Source: a virus (Duplodnaviria > Caudoviricetes). Taken from it: a stretch of 64,000 nt of DNA. A program made the translations under genes and the position numbers. The notes beneath the pieces are model-generated. The model was not told where the DNA came from and ran no database searches. It saw only the letters and a list, made by a program, of their open reading frames with translations. Numbering within the stretch: position 1 is the first letter of the stretch; every line of letters starts with the position of its first letter. Shown here one piece after another: positions 1 through 9,959 of the stretch. The stretch is from positions 27,943 through 91,942 of IMG/VR virus record IMGVR_UViG_3300037067_013617; one strand, written 5' to 3'.

Positions 1-303
1 TTTAGTTTCTAAAAAAATATTTCTTAAAAAGGAAAGTGATTCCGCGACGTTTCTCTGGAACTGAGTAGTAGGATCATCCCGGTCTACAAAGATATGCGAA
101 ACATGTATATTCCGATGGACATTTATACTTTTTATAATATCTTTAATTCGTTCAGCGTAACTGGCATGAATTGTATTATCAACAACGTGGATAGATGCAT
201 CACCAATATCGGATTGTAAAAGATTTTTAAAAAATTGTTCATCGCAGTAGCTTTTGCACTCGTGGCTATATATAGCAATAAAAAAATCAGTATAATTTAT
301 CAT
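1..303 (-). CDS. Putative glycosyltransferase (GT-A/GT2-like), runs off the window edge
   Basis: Hand translation from ATG at 303: MINYTDFFIAIYSHECKSYC...SIHVVDNTIH...AESLSFLRNIFLETK; open to position 1; VVDN motif; AGGGG RBS upstream. Confidence 0.45.
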   Translation of the reverse strand, partial: MINYTDFFIAIYSHECKSYCDEQFFKNLLQSDIGDASIHVVDNTIHASYAERIKDIIKSINVHRNIHVSHIFVDRDDPTTQFQRNVAESLSFLRNIFLETK

Positions 304-330
304 AGGATATAGCCCCTTATTAATGTTTTA

Positions 331-2712
331 TTATTTTTTGATCTTAAATATTTGATTCTTATATCTATAGAAACCTTTTAATAGAGCGTCATTATTTTGC
401 AAGAACTTATCTATTGATGGCATAATTTTTTCAACAAAAATTTCTTCTGTCGGATGATTCGGACTTTTTACATCCATAATATCATTATTTTTTGTTTTAA
501 TCGCCCAATATTGTTCCATAGCACGTGCGAAACATTCACAAGTCCTATTTTGATATTTAGATGTCTGTTTTTTTACCATATTTTTTCTAAATGTACTAGC
601 TATTTCACCTGCAATATCTTCCGGATTATCTGATGCATAATGTCTGCCTGTTTTTTCACCGATATAATAATCCATAAAATGTCCCCACTCATGGGAGATA
701 ATAAAACCTGTTCCTTTGTCTCCATGTGCAGTTACACCAATTGCGTGCATAGAAGGAATAAACAATCCGATAGCCTTTCTTGCGTGCATCATCTTATCAC
801 CAGCATGGGATATCTTTAGCCCAAATGTTTTAGCCATTGATGATTTATTCCCGAAAACGGAAAAAAGATCATCCATTGCAGATTTAATTTCCTGAATTTC
901 TAACTCATTTATTTCTGCTCCGTTTTGACGTTTTACTTTTACGCCGTAATCCTGTAATAAATTATCTTTAGTTCCTTTGTCGCCGTATGCAGTTTCTTTT
1001 CCCTTCGTATATGTACTGTAATAATCTTCAAGCTGAATTTCCATATCTTCTGTTTTCTGTTTTAAATCCTGACGCAACCAACGATAAATTTCCCATAAAT
1101 TTTTAGTTTCATAACGGCTCCCGCCGGTAAAGCTATTGATAAGATCCATTTGATGGTAAGAAATTTTATTCTCAGGCAGCATCGTAATACGCTTTTTCCT
1201 TGTACGCAATGCCTGGTCTTCTTTTAATTTAGCCTTTGCTTTCTTTAGATAATAATCCTGCGTTGCGGCGAATACATCTCTATTAACTATCGCAAAATTA
1301 TTTTCACCTATTTCTTTTCCCCAATCTCTGATACTCGGAGCCATTCTTTTAGCATTAAGCGCTAACAAATATTTATCTTCACCGAGTTTATATGCAGGAA
1401 TAAAATAATTTGACGATCTGAAATACGCTTCGTCAACTTCAGGAATATATGCCGGACGGGGATCGGTTAAAATAGTCTTTTCCTTTGCTAGATATATATC
1501 TTTCGGCCTTACCGCTGTATAATCTTTGGCTATATATTTTACAGGCTGTTTATCTTTGCCGCTGAATGGAATTTCAACCTCTGTATCAGTAGGATTAAAT
1601 TTTGATACCGGCATTATTACATCCTCCTGTTTTATTTCAGGAATATCCAATATCTCACGTTCAACTTCATTCCGTGTTTCCGGAGTCGCTTTATTTATAG
1701 CTTCTGCGATTTTAATGTCTTTTTTCTTCTGCTCAGGAGTTTCTTCTGTTGACATTTCGGCTGTCTCTTCCTCCTCCTCCGCCGGTTGTGCAGGAGCAGA
1801 TTCTATAACCGGTTCGGCAGGAGTTTCTATCTTTTCTATGATTTTTTCTTTTTCAAATCTTTTTAATTGTTCATTTTGACCATTTAAAACCTGAGTCCAT
1901 TTATTAATATAATCAGTATAAACAGATTTTGTATCGAATGGAACTTCCCCTCTTTTTTCTCTATATCCTTTTATGGTTTTTTCCGTGTCTTTAATGTTTC
2001 TTTTTAAATTTTCTATTAAAAGAGATTGTTCACTGCTATCCATTTTATAAAAATTTTGTTTTATTTCATAAGATGATGGATTATCTTGTCCAGTTAATTC
2101 TTTTGCCCTTTCTTTTGAAATATCCGGTAAAATAGATGATTCTTCCAATATCTCAATAGCAGGTGTTTCCTTTTTCCCATAAATATTAAATATCTCCCGC
2201 ATAACCTGCAATTTGAGCCCGGTCATACTCTCTTTCTTTTCTTTCTTTTCGGCAGGCTTTTCTTCTTTCTTTTCTTTTTTCTCAGGCGTTGTTTTTTGTT
2301 CTTTCTTTCCGGAAAAGAATTTATCCCACTTTTCTTTATTCATGAAATAAGCAGATACATGAGACTTCCAACTGTCCCAAGTTAAATTATATTTCTTCCC
2401 GATCTCATGCGATTCGTAATCTTTCATTACCTGTTTCATCGCCTGATTCTTATCCTTGAAATTAAAGAATCCGGCTATTTTTGACAACCAGCCTTCCTGT
2501 TGATCTGCTTTAAATTGATTATATTCTGCTTGAGTATAGAAATAACTGAATCCTTTACCGTTGGCTTTCGGGACTCGTTTGACATATTTATGTCCGGGAC
2601 GAATATCGCCGGAGGCTTTCTGTATATTTTGTGATTTAATATTATTTTTTTTACGATAGAATCCGAATGGAATATCTAAATAGTTATTTATAATTTTATT
2701 AATATCTTTCAT
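331..2712 (-). CDS. Large polyvalent virion/head-associated protein with C-terminal zincin-like (LPD1-type) domain
   Basis: N-terminal KASGDIRPGHKYVKRVPKANGKGFSYFY motif, charged linkers, C-terminal HEWGH plus ECFARAMEQY. Confidence 0.65.
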   Translation of the reverse strand: MKDINKIINNYLDIPFGFYRKKNNIKSQNIQKASGDIRPGHKYVKRVPKANGKGFSYFYTQAEYNQFKADQQEGWLSKIAGFFNFKDKNQAMKQVMKDYESHEIGKKYNLTWDSWKSHVSAYFMNKEKWDKFFSGKKEQKTTPEKKEKKEEKPAEKKEKKESMTGLKLQVMREIFNIYGKKETPAIEILEESSILPDISKERAKELTGQDNPSSYEIKQNFYKMDSSEQSLLIENLKRNIKDTEKTIKGYREKRGEVPFDTKSVYTDYINKWTQVLNGQNEQLKRFEKEKIIEKIETPAEPVIESAPAQPAEEEEETAEMSTEETPEQKKKDIKIAEAINKATPETRNEVEREILDIPEIKQEDVIMPVSKFNPTDTEVEIPFSGKDKQPVKYIAKDYTAVRPKDIYLAKEKTILTDPRPAYIPEVDEAYFRSSNYFIPAYKLGEDKYLLALNAKRMAPSIRDWGKEIGENNFAIVNRDVFAATQDYYLKKAKAKLKEDQALRTRKKRITMLPENKISYHQMDLINSFTGGSRYETKNLWEIYRWLRQDLKQKTEDMEIQLEDYYSTYTKGKETAYGDKGTKDNLLQDYGVKVKRQNGAEINELEIQEIKSAMDDLFSVFGNKSSMAKTFGLKISHAGDKMMHARKAIGLFIPSMHAIGVTAHGDKGTGFIISHEWGHFMDYYIGEKTGRHYASDNPEDIAGEIASTFRKNMVKKQTSKYQNRTCECFARAMEQYWAIKTKNNDIMDVKSPNHPTEEIFVEKIMPSIDKFLQNNDALLKGFYRYKNQIFKIKK

Positions 2713-3603
2713 TTAATCAATCTCCTCTAAATATATTATCGTTTTGTCGAACCATTCCTTTTCTATTTTTTCTTTTTTTATTATTTTATATTTTCCTTTA
2801 GGAATTACAATTTCTTTTTCATGCTTATATAATGAAAATGGACTTATGTCTACACCACGAGTATTATTTGCAATTATAAATTTTAAATTGAATCGTTCTT
2901 TTGAACCATGTTTTAAATATCCTCCCGGAGCAGAAAATGAAGACATAGAATCAATTTCAAATATATCATTTTCTTTAACTGAATCGTATAATTGATCTTT
3001 GAAATCTTCAAATACTCTAAAAATTTCACCATTATATTTAGGAGCATTTTGAATATATTTTTTTAATGTATTATATATTTCAAAATGATTTTTTTTTAAA
3101 CCTATATTTTTTTCTTTATCAATAATTCCTTTATCTATCTTTTTAACAATACTGCTATTCGCTATACCATCATTATCTTCAGTCCATGCCATTATATTAA
3201 AAAAATTTTCTTCATTTATATCTATTTTATCTTTTTGATTATTAATTAAAACTTTTTTTCCTGTACCCAATCCTATATTTTCCTCTGCTTTCCCTCCCTT
3301 TTTCCCTTGTCCTTCCCTATACCAATATTTCCAACCGCCTTTCCCGTCCGGTTCTCTGCGGATATACTTTGTCGGACGAGCCTTAGTCATATCAATTTCA
3401 TAATCTTCATAACCAGTCTCTTCTATTCGTTTTATTTTAAGTACGGGTTTGTGATACCAATCATATGTAACCTGTTTATTAACCTGTTCAGTAATTTTTT
3501 GTTTTTCATCTTCAGATAATGTTTTAGTAGAATTATTATTCGGAAGATCAGCGTACATGCTATGAATAATATTATTTTTACCATCTAAATATATTTTACT
3601 CAT
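2713..3603 (-). CDS. Putative ADP-ribosyltransferase (R-S-E, VIP2/Alt-like) with head-cargo motif
   Basis: IFRV (R), MSSFS (S-x-S), HEKEIVIP (ExE); KARPTKYIRREPDGKGGWKYWY motif upstream. Confidence 0.65.
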   Translation of the reverse strand: MSKIYLDGKNNIIHSMYADLPNNNSTKTLSEDEKQKITEQVNKQVTYDWYHKPVLKIKRIEETGYEDYEIDMTKARPTKYIRREPDGKGGWKYWYREGQGKKGGKAEENIGLGTGKKVLINNQKDKIDINEENFFNIMAWTEDNDGIANSSIVKKIDKGIIDKEKNIGLKKNHFEIYNTLKKYIQNAPKYNGEIFRVFEDFKDQLYDSVKENDIFEIDSMSSFSAPGGYLKHGSKERFNLKFIIANNTRGVDISPFSLYKHEKEIVIPKGKYKIIKKEKIEKEWFDKTIIYLEEID

Positions 3604-5594
3604 TTTGTTACCTTTTTATATTCAATATTAAAATCATTTTTTAAAACAGAAGATTCTTGTACCAAATCCCAAAATATTTCCCGATGTATTTTCTCCGCTT
3701 TATATGGAGTTATTTCTTTTGATTTAACTTTAGGAGTTAAAATACTAAAAACTTTTTCATTAATGCTATTTAAGACATTTATAAAAGTAGTATTTTTATT
3801 CTTCAAATCATAAGATTCTCCAAATTCATCTGAATTTCTTGATTTTTTTTTGTGACTAATTTTAAAAGAATAAATATCATTTGGAGTCTTTACTCTTATT
3901 TCTTTTATTCCCAAACTCAGCGCTAAAAATACATCCTCAACACTAAATGATACATCTTCAGGATGAGTATGCGTCAATATTTCAATATTTCTTAATTGCT
4001 TTACCTCGTTCTCATCAAATTCTATTTTATCATATATTCCTTCTTTATGGAATAAAATATTTCCATCTCTATCGATAACATTTACTTTTTCCTTTCCTGA
4101 AGGATTTATATCTTTTTCTATATTGTTTGTTGTTAATAAAGATGCTTTAGAAGTTTCTGAATGACCGATTCTTTCCTCAAACCCGATTAAGTTATAATTA
4201 AATAATAAATTATGACTATCAAATTTCATTTTTAACTTTATATTTTCTTCATCATTTTCACCTTTAAATTTTTTTTTTATGTCTTCTTTATAAAAATATC
4301 TATACCCGCCTTTCCCATCGGGAGACCTGCGGACATATTTATGACCGGGGCGGATGTCACCGATGGCTTTAGCAAGAGATTCTTTTTTTAAATCAGGATA
4401 ATCTTTTAATACTTCATCAGGAACACTTTTACCTATTTTAAGAGCATTTTTAACTGCGTCTTTATGTCCTTTATATTTTTTCCAATCATTGGTAATAAAA
4501 ATCACAGGTTCGTCATCGCCGCCTGTTCCGATCTGTCTTCCTTTTCCATAATGAGTAATATTCCCACCTGCCATGCTTCCAGATATTGGCGTTACATATA
4601 CACTTACGCCTCGTTCTTGTTTATTGTCCATGTGATTATAGCTTCTTCCGCTTTTCGGAGGTTGCCCTGATCTATAAAAATCTCGTTCCTCACCTAAAAC
4701 ATAAACATCGCCATCATTGTCTTTTGCATATTTTTTTGCTTCTTCGGCGTTATCAAACATTTTTATTCTTTCTTGTTCGTTCCATCCTCGGAATAACCAT
4801 TCTGCTTTATTCTTCTTAGCAAAATCTATCTGTTCATCATAATTAGTGACGACTTGCATGTCAGCATAAGTTATTGGAGTACTTGCTTCATCTTTTGTTA
4901 ATTGCCAAATTTCTTTTTTCGGAGTTAATTTTTTTAAATGACTTTTATATTCCTGTTTAGTTCTATTTTTTTCTTTTTCTATATCTTCCGATTTATCTAT
5001 TTCATATGCTTTGCTTTCCATTGCAAACGGTTGTAAATCTGATGCAAAATATCCTCCTCCGAATATATAATGTTTCTCTGGATCATACGTGATCGTTTCT
5101 TTACCATTATTATATTTGGCCTCAAACGATTTATTATTTAGAATTGCTTCTGATAATTTTTTACCAATATCAACATTGGCTTTATCTTCTTCATCTTTTA
5201 TTTTATAATTTTTAATTTTTCCTAAAAATTCATTTTGTAACCTTTGAAGTTCAGGCTTAATTTCATTAAATTTATTTTCTTTAATTTTCAACAAAGAAGA
5301 CGGTTCTTTTAATTCATTGTATAATCTTTGTTTTTCTTTATGAAAATCCACTTTCGCTCCTTTTGCTTCACCCTGCCCCTCCCTATAAAAATACCTCCAT
5401 CCACCTTTGCCGTCAGCCTCTCTGCGAATATATTTTGTTATCCGAGCTTTCTCCATATCCTCATAATAATCAGGATCTTCGTCAAGGCGCTTTATAGCCA
5501 TTCTTGTCGCAATCAATACATTGCCTGCTTTCTGCAGCTCAATTTCTATGGCATCGCGAAGCTGACGCGGTGAGTAATTTTTAAAGAGTTTCAT
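3600..5594 (-). CDS. Modular polyvalent protein with two cargo motifs and a C-terminal JAB/MPN-like domain
   Basis: Two KA..KY.RR..DGKGG motifs; C-terminal E...THTHPEDVSFSVED; N-terminal IEIE...LDEDPDYY segment. Confidence 0.55.
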   Translation of the reverse strand: MKLFKNYSPRQLRDAIEIELQKAGNVLIATRMAIKRLDEDPDYYEDMEKARITKYIRREADGKGGWRYFYREGQGEAKGAKVDFHKEKQRLYNELKEPSSLLKIKENKFNEIKPELQRLQNEFLGKIKNYKIKDEEDKANVDIGKKLSEAILNNKSFEAKYNNGKETITYDPEKHYIFGGGYFASDLQPFAMESKAYEIDKSEDIEKEKNRTKQEYKSHLKKLTPKKEIWQLTKDEASTPITYADMQVVTNYDEQIDFAKKNKAEWLFRGWNEQERIKMFDNAEEAKKYAKDNDGDVYVLGEERDFYRSGQPPKSGRSYNHMDNKQERGVSVYVTPISGSMAGGNITHYGKGRQIGTGGDDEPVIFITNDWKKYKGHKDAVKNALKIGKSVPDEVLKDYPDLKKESLAKAIGDIRPGHKYVRRSPDGKGGYRYFYKEDIKKKFKGENDEENIKLKMKFDSHNLLFNYNLIGFEERIGHSETSKASLLTTNNIEKDINPSGKEKVNVIDRDGNILFHKEGIYDKIEFDENEVKQLRNIEILTHTHPEDVSFSVEDVFLALSLGIKEIRVKTPNDIYSFKISHKKKSRNSDEFGESYDLKNKNTTFINVLNSINEKVFSILTPKVKSKEITPYKAEKIHREIFWDLVQESSVLKNDFNIEYKKVTK

Positions 5595-5598
5595 AATT

Positions 5599-5961
5599 TT
5601 ACCTTAACTTAAAATCAAAATTTATTGCTTTTGCATTAAAAAATTGCTGACTAAAAATAATAACTTTTTCAGGATCAAATTCCTTACAGGAAAATAAATT
5701 TATATAGCAATCATTATGTCTATTATCTTCTCTGCAATGTATCGTAATGCTGGATGTCATTAAAAACTGGAATGCAGAAATTCCTTCTATGTCGCCTTCT
5801 CCGAATCTCTCCACGATGCATTCACCATAAGGCTTCATTTTTATTAATTGCAATATATCATAAATATATTTTTTTATTGGTTCTTTTTGTGTTATGCATA
5901 ATCTATCGCAGTCGAATAAATCAAGTATCAGTTCATAGCCCCAGTGCTTTTTCTGCTCCAT
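5599..5961 (-). CDS. speD: S-adenosylmethionine decarboxylase-like proenzyme
   Basis: WGYELILDLFDC, FGEGDIEGISAFQFLMTSSITIH, INLFSCKEFD; start moved to MEQKK with GGGGA RBS. Confidence 0.7.
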   Translation of the reverse strand: MEQKKHWGYELILDLFDCDRLCITQKEPIKKYIYDILQLIKMKPYGECIVERFGEGDIEGISAFQFLMTSSITIHCREDNRHNDCYINLFSCKEFDPEKVIIFSQQFFNAKAINFDFKLR

Positions 5962-5965
5962 GCTT

Positions 5966-6955
5966 TTATTCCCCCAAAGATTTAATTTCTGTTTTATATC
6001 CAAACGGCTCATTTAAATTGCCGGACTGAATCCATTCCCTGATTTTTTTCGTATTGGTCTGTCTTATCGAAATTAATCCGTCCCATCCTTTTTGGTAATT
6101 TGATAGATAAGCAGCCTCGGCCTCTTCTATATTGTCAAAGCCTAACATGATTTTATGCTCATCGAACAAATTATTTTTTCCCTGGTTGACAACGAAAGCT
6201 CTCGATGCCCCAATTTTATCTCCTATAAAAACATCAATAGGATCATTGTCAGCGGCCTCCGTTCCTATAATATAACCGTAATGATTTTTCATCTTCGTCA
6301 ACCATTTCCGGCCAGATTCGTCAAACCCCCAGCGGACACTTCCTTTCGGATTTTCAATGCGAATACGAAGTCCCTTATATTCAATTAATCCTTTACGGTA
6401 GTTACCGCTTTCTTTCTGCGCGGGAGTCGGATCGGTATCAGTATCAATATGCTTTAATTGAAATTTTACCTTCTGTATTTCTTTCGTCGGATTCAATGTC
6501 TCTTCGATAATTGCCAGTATCTTATCTATCTTTTGCGGGAACAGAATTGCCGTCCCTCCGGCATCCTTCCACGGCTTCAGGTTCCTATCCATGTCATCGA
6601 TCAATATACTTTTCTCGTCAATTACATACGGCGATTTATCAACTGCAAAAATAACGTCAAATTCTTTTCCGACATTTTCCTCCAACCACGAAATTTTATC
6701 CCATTTACAATACTGCATATTTTCCATCGGAGTCGTCAAGAATACGATTTTATATTTATTCCGCAGCTGATTCAATAATTCCATGCCTTCAGGGACAACT
6801 TTCAATTTCCGGAAAAAATGAGGGTCTTGCAAACAGACCTGATTTATGGTAAAGGAATCGTCTGCGTATGCGTTGCGGCCAAAGAATTCTTTATATCCGC
6901 GGGCGAAGTCAGCGATTACGCCATCGAGATCGAAAAATATTATTTGTTGTGTCAT
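5966..6955 (-). CDS. Fusion of HAD 5'(3')-deoxyribonucleotidase (NT5C-like) and inorganic pyrophosphatase-like (InPase) domain
   Basis: FFDLDGVIADF, LTTP, K..W, LIDD; then PTPAQKESGNYRKG, IENPKGSVR, HYGYI.GT..AD.DPIDVF, FDEHKIMLGF. Confidence 0.75.
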   Translation of the reverse strand: MTQQIIFFDLDGVIADFARGYKEFFGRNAYADDSFTINQVCLQDPHFFRKLKVVPEGMELLNQLRNKYKIVFLTTPMENMQYCKWDKISWLEENVGKEFDVIFAVDKSPYVIDEKSILIDDMDRNLKPWKDAGGTAILFPQKIDKILAIIEETLNPTKEIQKVKFQLKHIDTDTDPTPAQKESGNYRKGLIEYKGLRIRIENPKGSVRWGFDESGRKWLTKMKNHYGYIIGTEAADNDPIDVFIGDKIGASRAFVVNQGKNNLFDEHKIMLGFDNIEEAEAAYLSNYQKGWDGLISIRQTNTKKIREWIQSGNLNEPFGYKTEIKSLGE

Positions 6956-7104
6956 ATTATCTTGCCTTATTCTTATATATTCGTATAGTTTCTTCATCTA
7001 CCTGATTGTACCAAAATTTACGAGCAAATCGGGCAACTTCGGTTTCCCATACAGGAGCATATTGTTTGAATATATCGATCATTTATCAATTTACATAATC
7101 ATAA

Positions 7105-9021
7105 TTAATTTTTTATTTTAGGAAATTTACAAATTGCTAATATCTTAGCATTTGTCATCTCAATTTCTCCAGGATCGTTTCCTTCGTTTGTATTATTATT
7201 AGTTCCTAATAATAATATTTCATCTCCTAAACTTTTATATTTTTCTATTTCATCCATAATTTCATCTATAGAATTTGAATCTGCTAACCATAATGCAGAA
7301 GTTCCATGTTCTGTATCTGTTATTTTTCCATCTGGTTGATAATAGGACGATTCAGCAATATCTCCTATTTTAACTTTAACATGTTTTCCAGTTTTTGGAT
7401 TTTTACTATTAATTCTTAATCCATAAATGTTATATTCATTCGATTTTAAAATATTTTTTATTTGTTTTTTAAATTGGTCTTTATAAGGTTTTTCTTTCTT
7501 CTTTTCTTCCCCTTTTAATTTTTTATATAATTCTTTTTCTAATTCATAAGCTCTATTATATAAATTATCCATTTCATTTGTATCTTTTTCAGGCCATAAT
7601 TCAGTCCTATAACCTTTTTCATCTTTTCCATATTTTTCTCGTAACCTTTCTTCAATTTCTAGTGCTTTATCTCTATATTCTTTTTCTCTTTTTTTTAATT
7701 TTTCCATATTGGCTTCATTTTCATTTTTTTCTCCTCCATGTTTTTCTTTTAATTCCTTAACTTTATCTTCCACGGTTTCACCTTCCTTTAATGAAATATG
7801 CATCCCATGAATAGTATTTCCTAAAGATAAAGTATCTCTTCCATAATCATAAATCCAACCGCCCTTGCCGTCCGGCTTCTTATTCTTATATTTATGATTC
7901 GCTTTCGCCTTTTTCATCTCGTCCCAATCGATCCTGCCGTTGACGACCGGAACCATCGCCTTGCCTAACGTAATCCATTTATGACCGTCCTCATATCTAT
8001 TCATTGCCTCAGCCTGCACTTCCTCCGGCACCTCTATATCTTTAATCTCGTCAAATAGCCCTTTCTTGAGGATAAAGCTATTGCTAGTAATATCGAATTT
8101 CGGTTGCAAATATTCGAATAATTGTTCCTTGCGGAGATCCCACATATCCTTGATAATGGCTTCTTTTCTTTTGCGGTCGAATATTGCCTCCAACAAATTG
8201 AGTCCTTTTTCGTCTTCAAATGCTAGGATATTATAAAAAGATTTACTTATAAGTAAACTCTTGAGATACCATTTATAGACAGTGCAGAATACTTCTTCCT
8301 CGGATGATTTCTCCCACTCAAATTCATAGATAGCACCCGGCCTGAGCAATTTGAAATGTTCATAAAATTTCTTTCTCTCATCGAATTTAACACAATCGCG
8401 CCAGAAGATATGCCCGATCTCATGCATGGTATTATCGATATATTCCCTGTCATCATATAGGCTGATATTGTTTCCAAGTATCATTGATACTATTTTTTTC
8501 TTTTTCTGGTCGTCTGTCGACTCTAAAAAATTAACAATTACGCTATGCGGAGGGAGAAAAAGTTCTCCGACCTTCAGATTGCCGAAAACCATATTAAACC
8601 GGTTAATTTGGTCGCCAAGAGAATCTTTCGGCCAGTCCTGCTTTCCCATAATAATGAAGGGATCGCGATTATCATTCGGTACTGGCGCAGTGGAATTCTC
8701 ATCATCAGAAAGACGTAAAGGGGGTCTATCTTCAAAATCTTTCTCATCTTCAATTATAACTGCTTTGACAAGGCGCTCAATACTGATTTTTTCTTTTTTA
8801 TCGGATATGAATTTATCGTCTGTGGGGTCGAATCCGATTATTAAATTATTTTGAATAAAAAACGGGCTGGAATCTACAATCGCTTTTTTTAATTCTCCAT
8901 GAGAATATTTTCCATAAGAAATATTATATTTTTTTTCTAAACTTTTTTTTATTTCTTCTATGGATGTTTCAGGAGAATATTTATTTTTTTCTGATAGTTT
9001 TAAAATTTTTTCTTTATCCAT
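7105..9021 (-). CDS. Modular head-associated protein with zincin-like HEIGH domain and cargo motif
   Basis: MHEIGH...EEVF; KAKANHKYKNKKPDGKGGWIYDY followed by Lys-rich linker and an unknown C-terminal domain. Confidence 0.5.
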   Translation of the reverse strand: MDKEKILKLSEKNKYSPETSIEEIKKSLEKKYNISYGKYSHGELKKAIVDSSPFFIQNNLIIGFDPTDDKFISDKKEKISIERLVKAVIIEDEKDFEDRPPLRLSDDENSTAPVPNDNRDPFIIMGKQDWPKDSLGDQINRFNMVFGNLKVGELFLPPHSVIVNFLESTDDQKKKKIVSMILGNNISLYDDREYIDNTMHEIGHIFWRDCVKFDERKKFYEHFKLLRPGAIYEFEWEKSSEEEVFCTVYKWYLKSLLISKSFYNILAFEDEKGLNLLEAIFDRKRKEAIIKDMWDLRKEQLFEYLQPKFDITSNSFILKKGLFDEIKDIEVPEEVQAEAMNRYEDGHKWITLGKAMVPVVNGRIDWDEMKKAKANHKYKNKKPDGKGGWIYDYGRDTLSLGNTIHGMHISLKEGETVEDKVKELKEKHGGEKNENEANMEKLKKREKEYRDKALEIEERLREKYGKDEKGYRTELWPEKDTNEMDNLYNRAYELEKELYKKLKGEEKKKEKPYKDQFKKQIKNILKSNEYNIYGLRINSKNPKTGKHVKVKIGDIAESSYYQPDGKITDTEHGTSALWLADSNSIDEIMDEIEKYKSLGDEILLLGTNNNTNEGNDPGEIEMTNAKILAICKFPKIKN

Positions 9022-9111
9022 TTATTTTTTTCCTGCTGAGATTTATTTATTATATGAGAAAAAAAAATAAATTTTGTCAAGAATTAAAAAATTTTAAAAA
9101 AAATAAAAATT

Positions 9112-9888
9112 TCACATTGTATATTCTTTTACTATCTCGCGGCAAAAAGAAGAAACGACTTCATGTATCTGTTTATTGACTTCAGCCAATACTTTAGGGA
9201 AAACCGGCTCGGCAGCCACGCCCGGATGTATCCATCCCGTAGACTTTTCGCTTACTACCCGGAATATTCCATATTGTTCATGATGCTGCCGGGTAACGAA
9301 ACGGGATAAACCGGTAACATCCACATCTTTTCCTTTAATGGTTAAAGTACCAGATTTTAATCTTTTGCCGGATTTGACAATATTATGCATTTCTTGTGTC
9401 ATTTCCCTGCCACCGAATTTAGATTGCATTGAGCCCTGTTCGGTCTTGCGCGGCGCGGCCACGGGGAAGGGAATGACCATGTATTTTACTCCGTCTGAGG
9501 ATACTTTTGCCTTTTCGCTTTTGAGCAAGGCATCCTTGATACTAAACGATTTCATCCCCGTCTCGACCATTCGAACATACATCATATTCGGTTTATTTGA
9601 TGTTTTATCGATTAAATCTTCGTCAACATATATCTCCCCGACATTTCCTGTAACTTTAGCTTTTATTGCAGCAGCATATTTGTCACCCCATCCTGTACTT
9701 ACGTTTCTGGCCTCTGATTTCCAACTCTCTTGCATACCATACGTTAAAACAGCCACAACAGAAGGAAAAGCCTCATCAATAGCTTCAACTATTTTTATAA
9801 ATTGTTCTTCTGATAATTGAGAACCGACCGATTCTAATGTTTCTGCAATCGAATTCATAATCATATTTTCATCTATATTAAAAATCAT
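9112..9888 (-). CDS. Putative neck/head-completion virion protein
   Basis: KYMVIPF and FRVVSEKSTGWIHPG motifs typical of large-myovirus morphogenesis proteins; context next to MuF. Confidence 0.5.
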   Translation of the reverse strand: MIFNIDENMIMNSIAETLESVGSQLSEEQFIKIVEAIDEAFPSVVAVLTYGMQESWKSEARNVSTGWGDKYAAAIKAKVTGNVGEIYVDEDLIDKTSNKPNMMYVRMVETGMKSFSIKDALLKSEKAKVSSDGVKYMVIPFPVAAPRKTEQGSMQSKFGGREMTQEMHNIVKSGKRLKSGTLTIKGKDVDVTGLSRFVTRQHHEQYGIFRVVSEKSTGWIHPGVAAEPVFPKVLAEVNKQIHEVVSSFCREIVKEYTM

Positions 9889-9959
9889 ATAATATCCCTT
9901 TAAAATAATTGATTTTTATTTATTATATAAATACAATGGATAAAAAATCAAGGAATATT

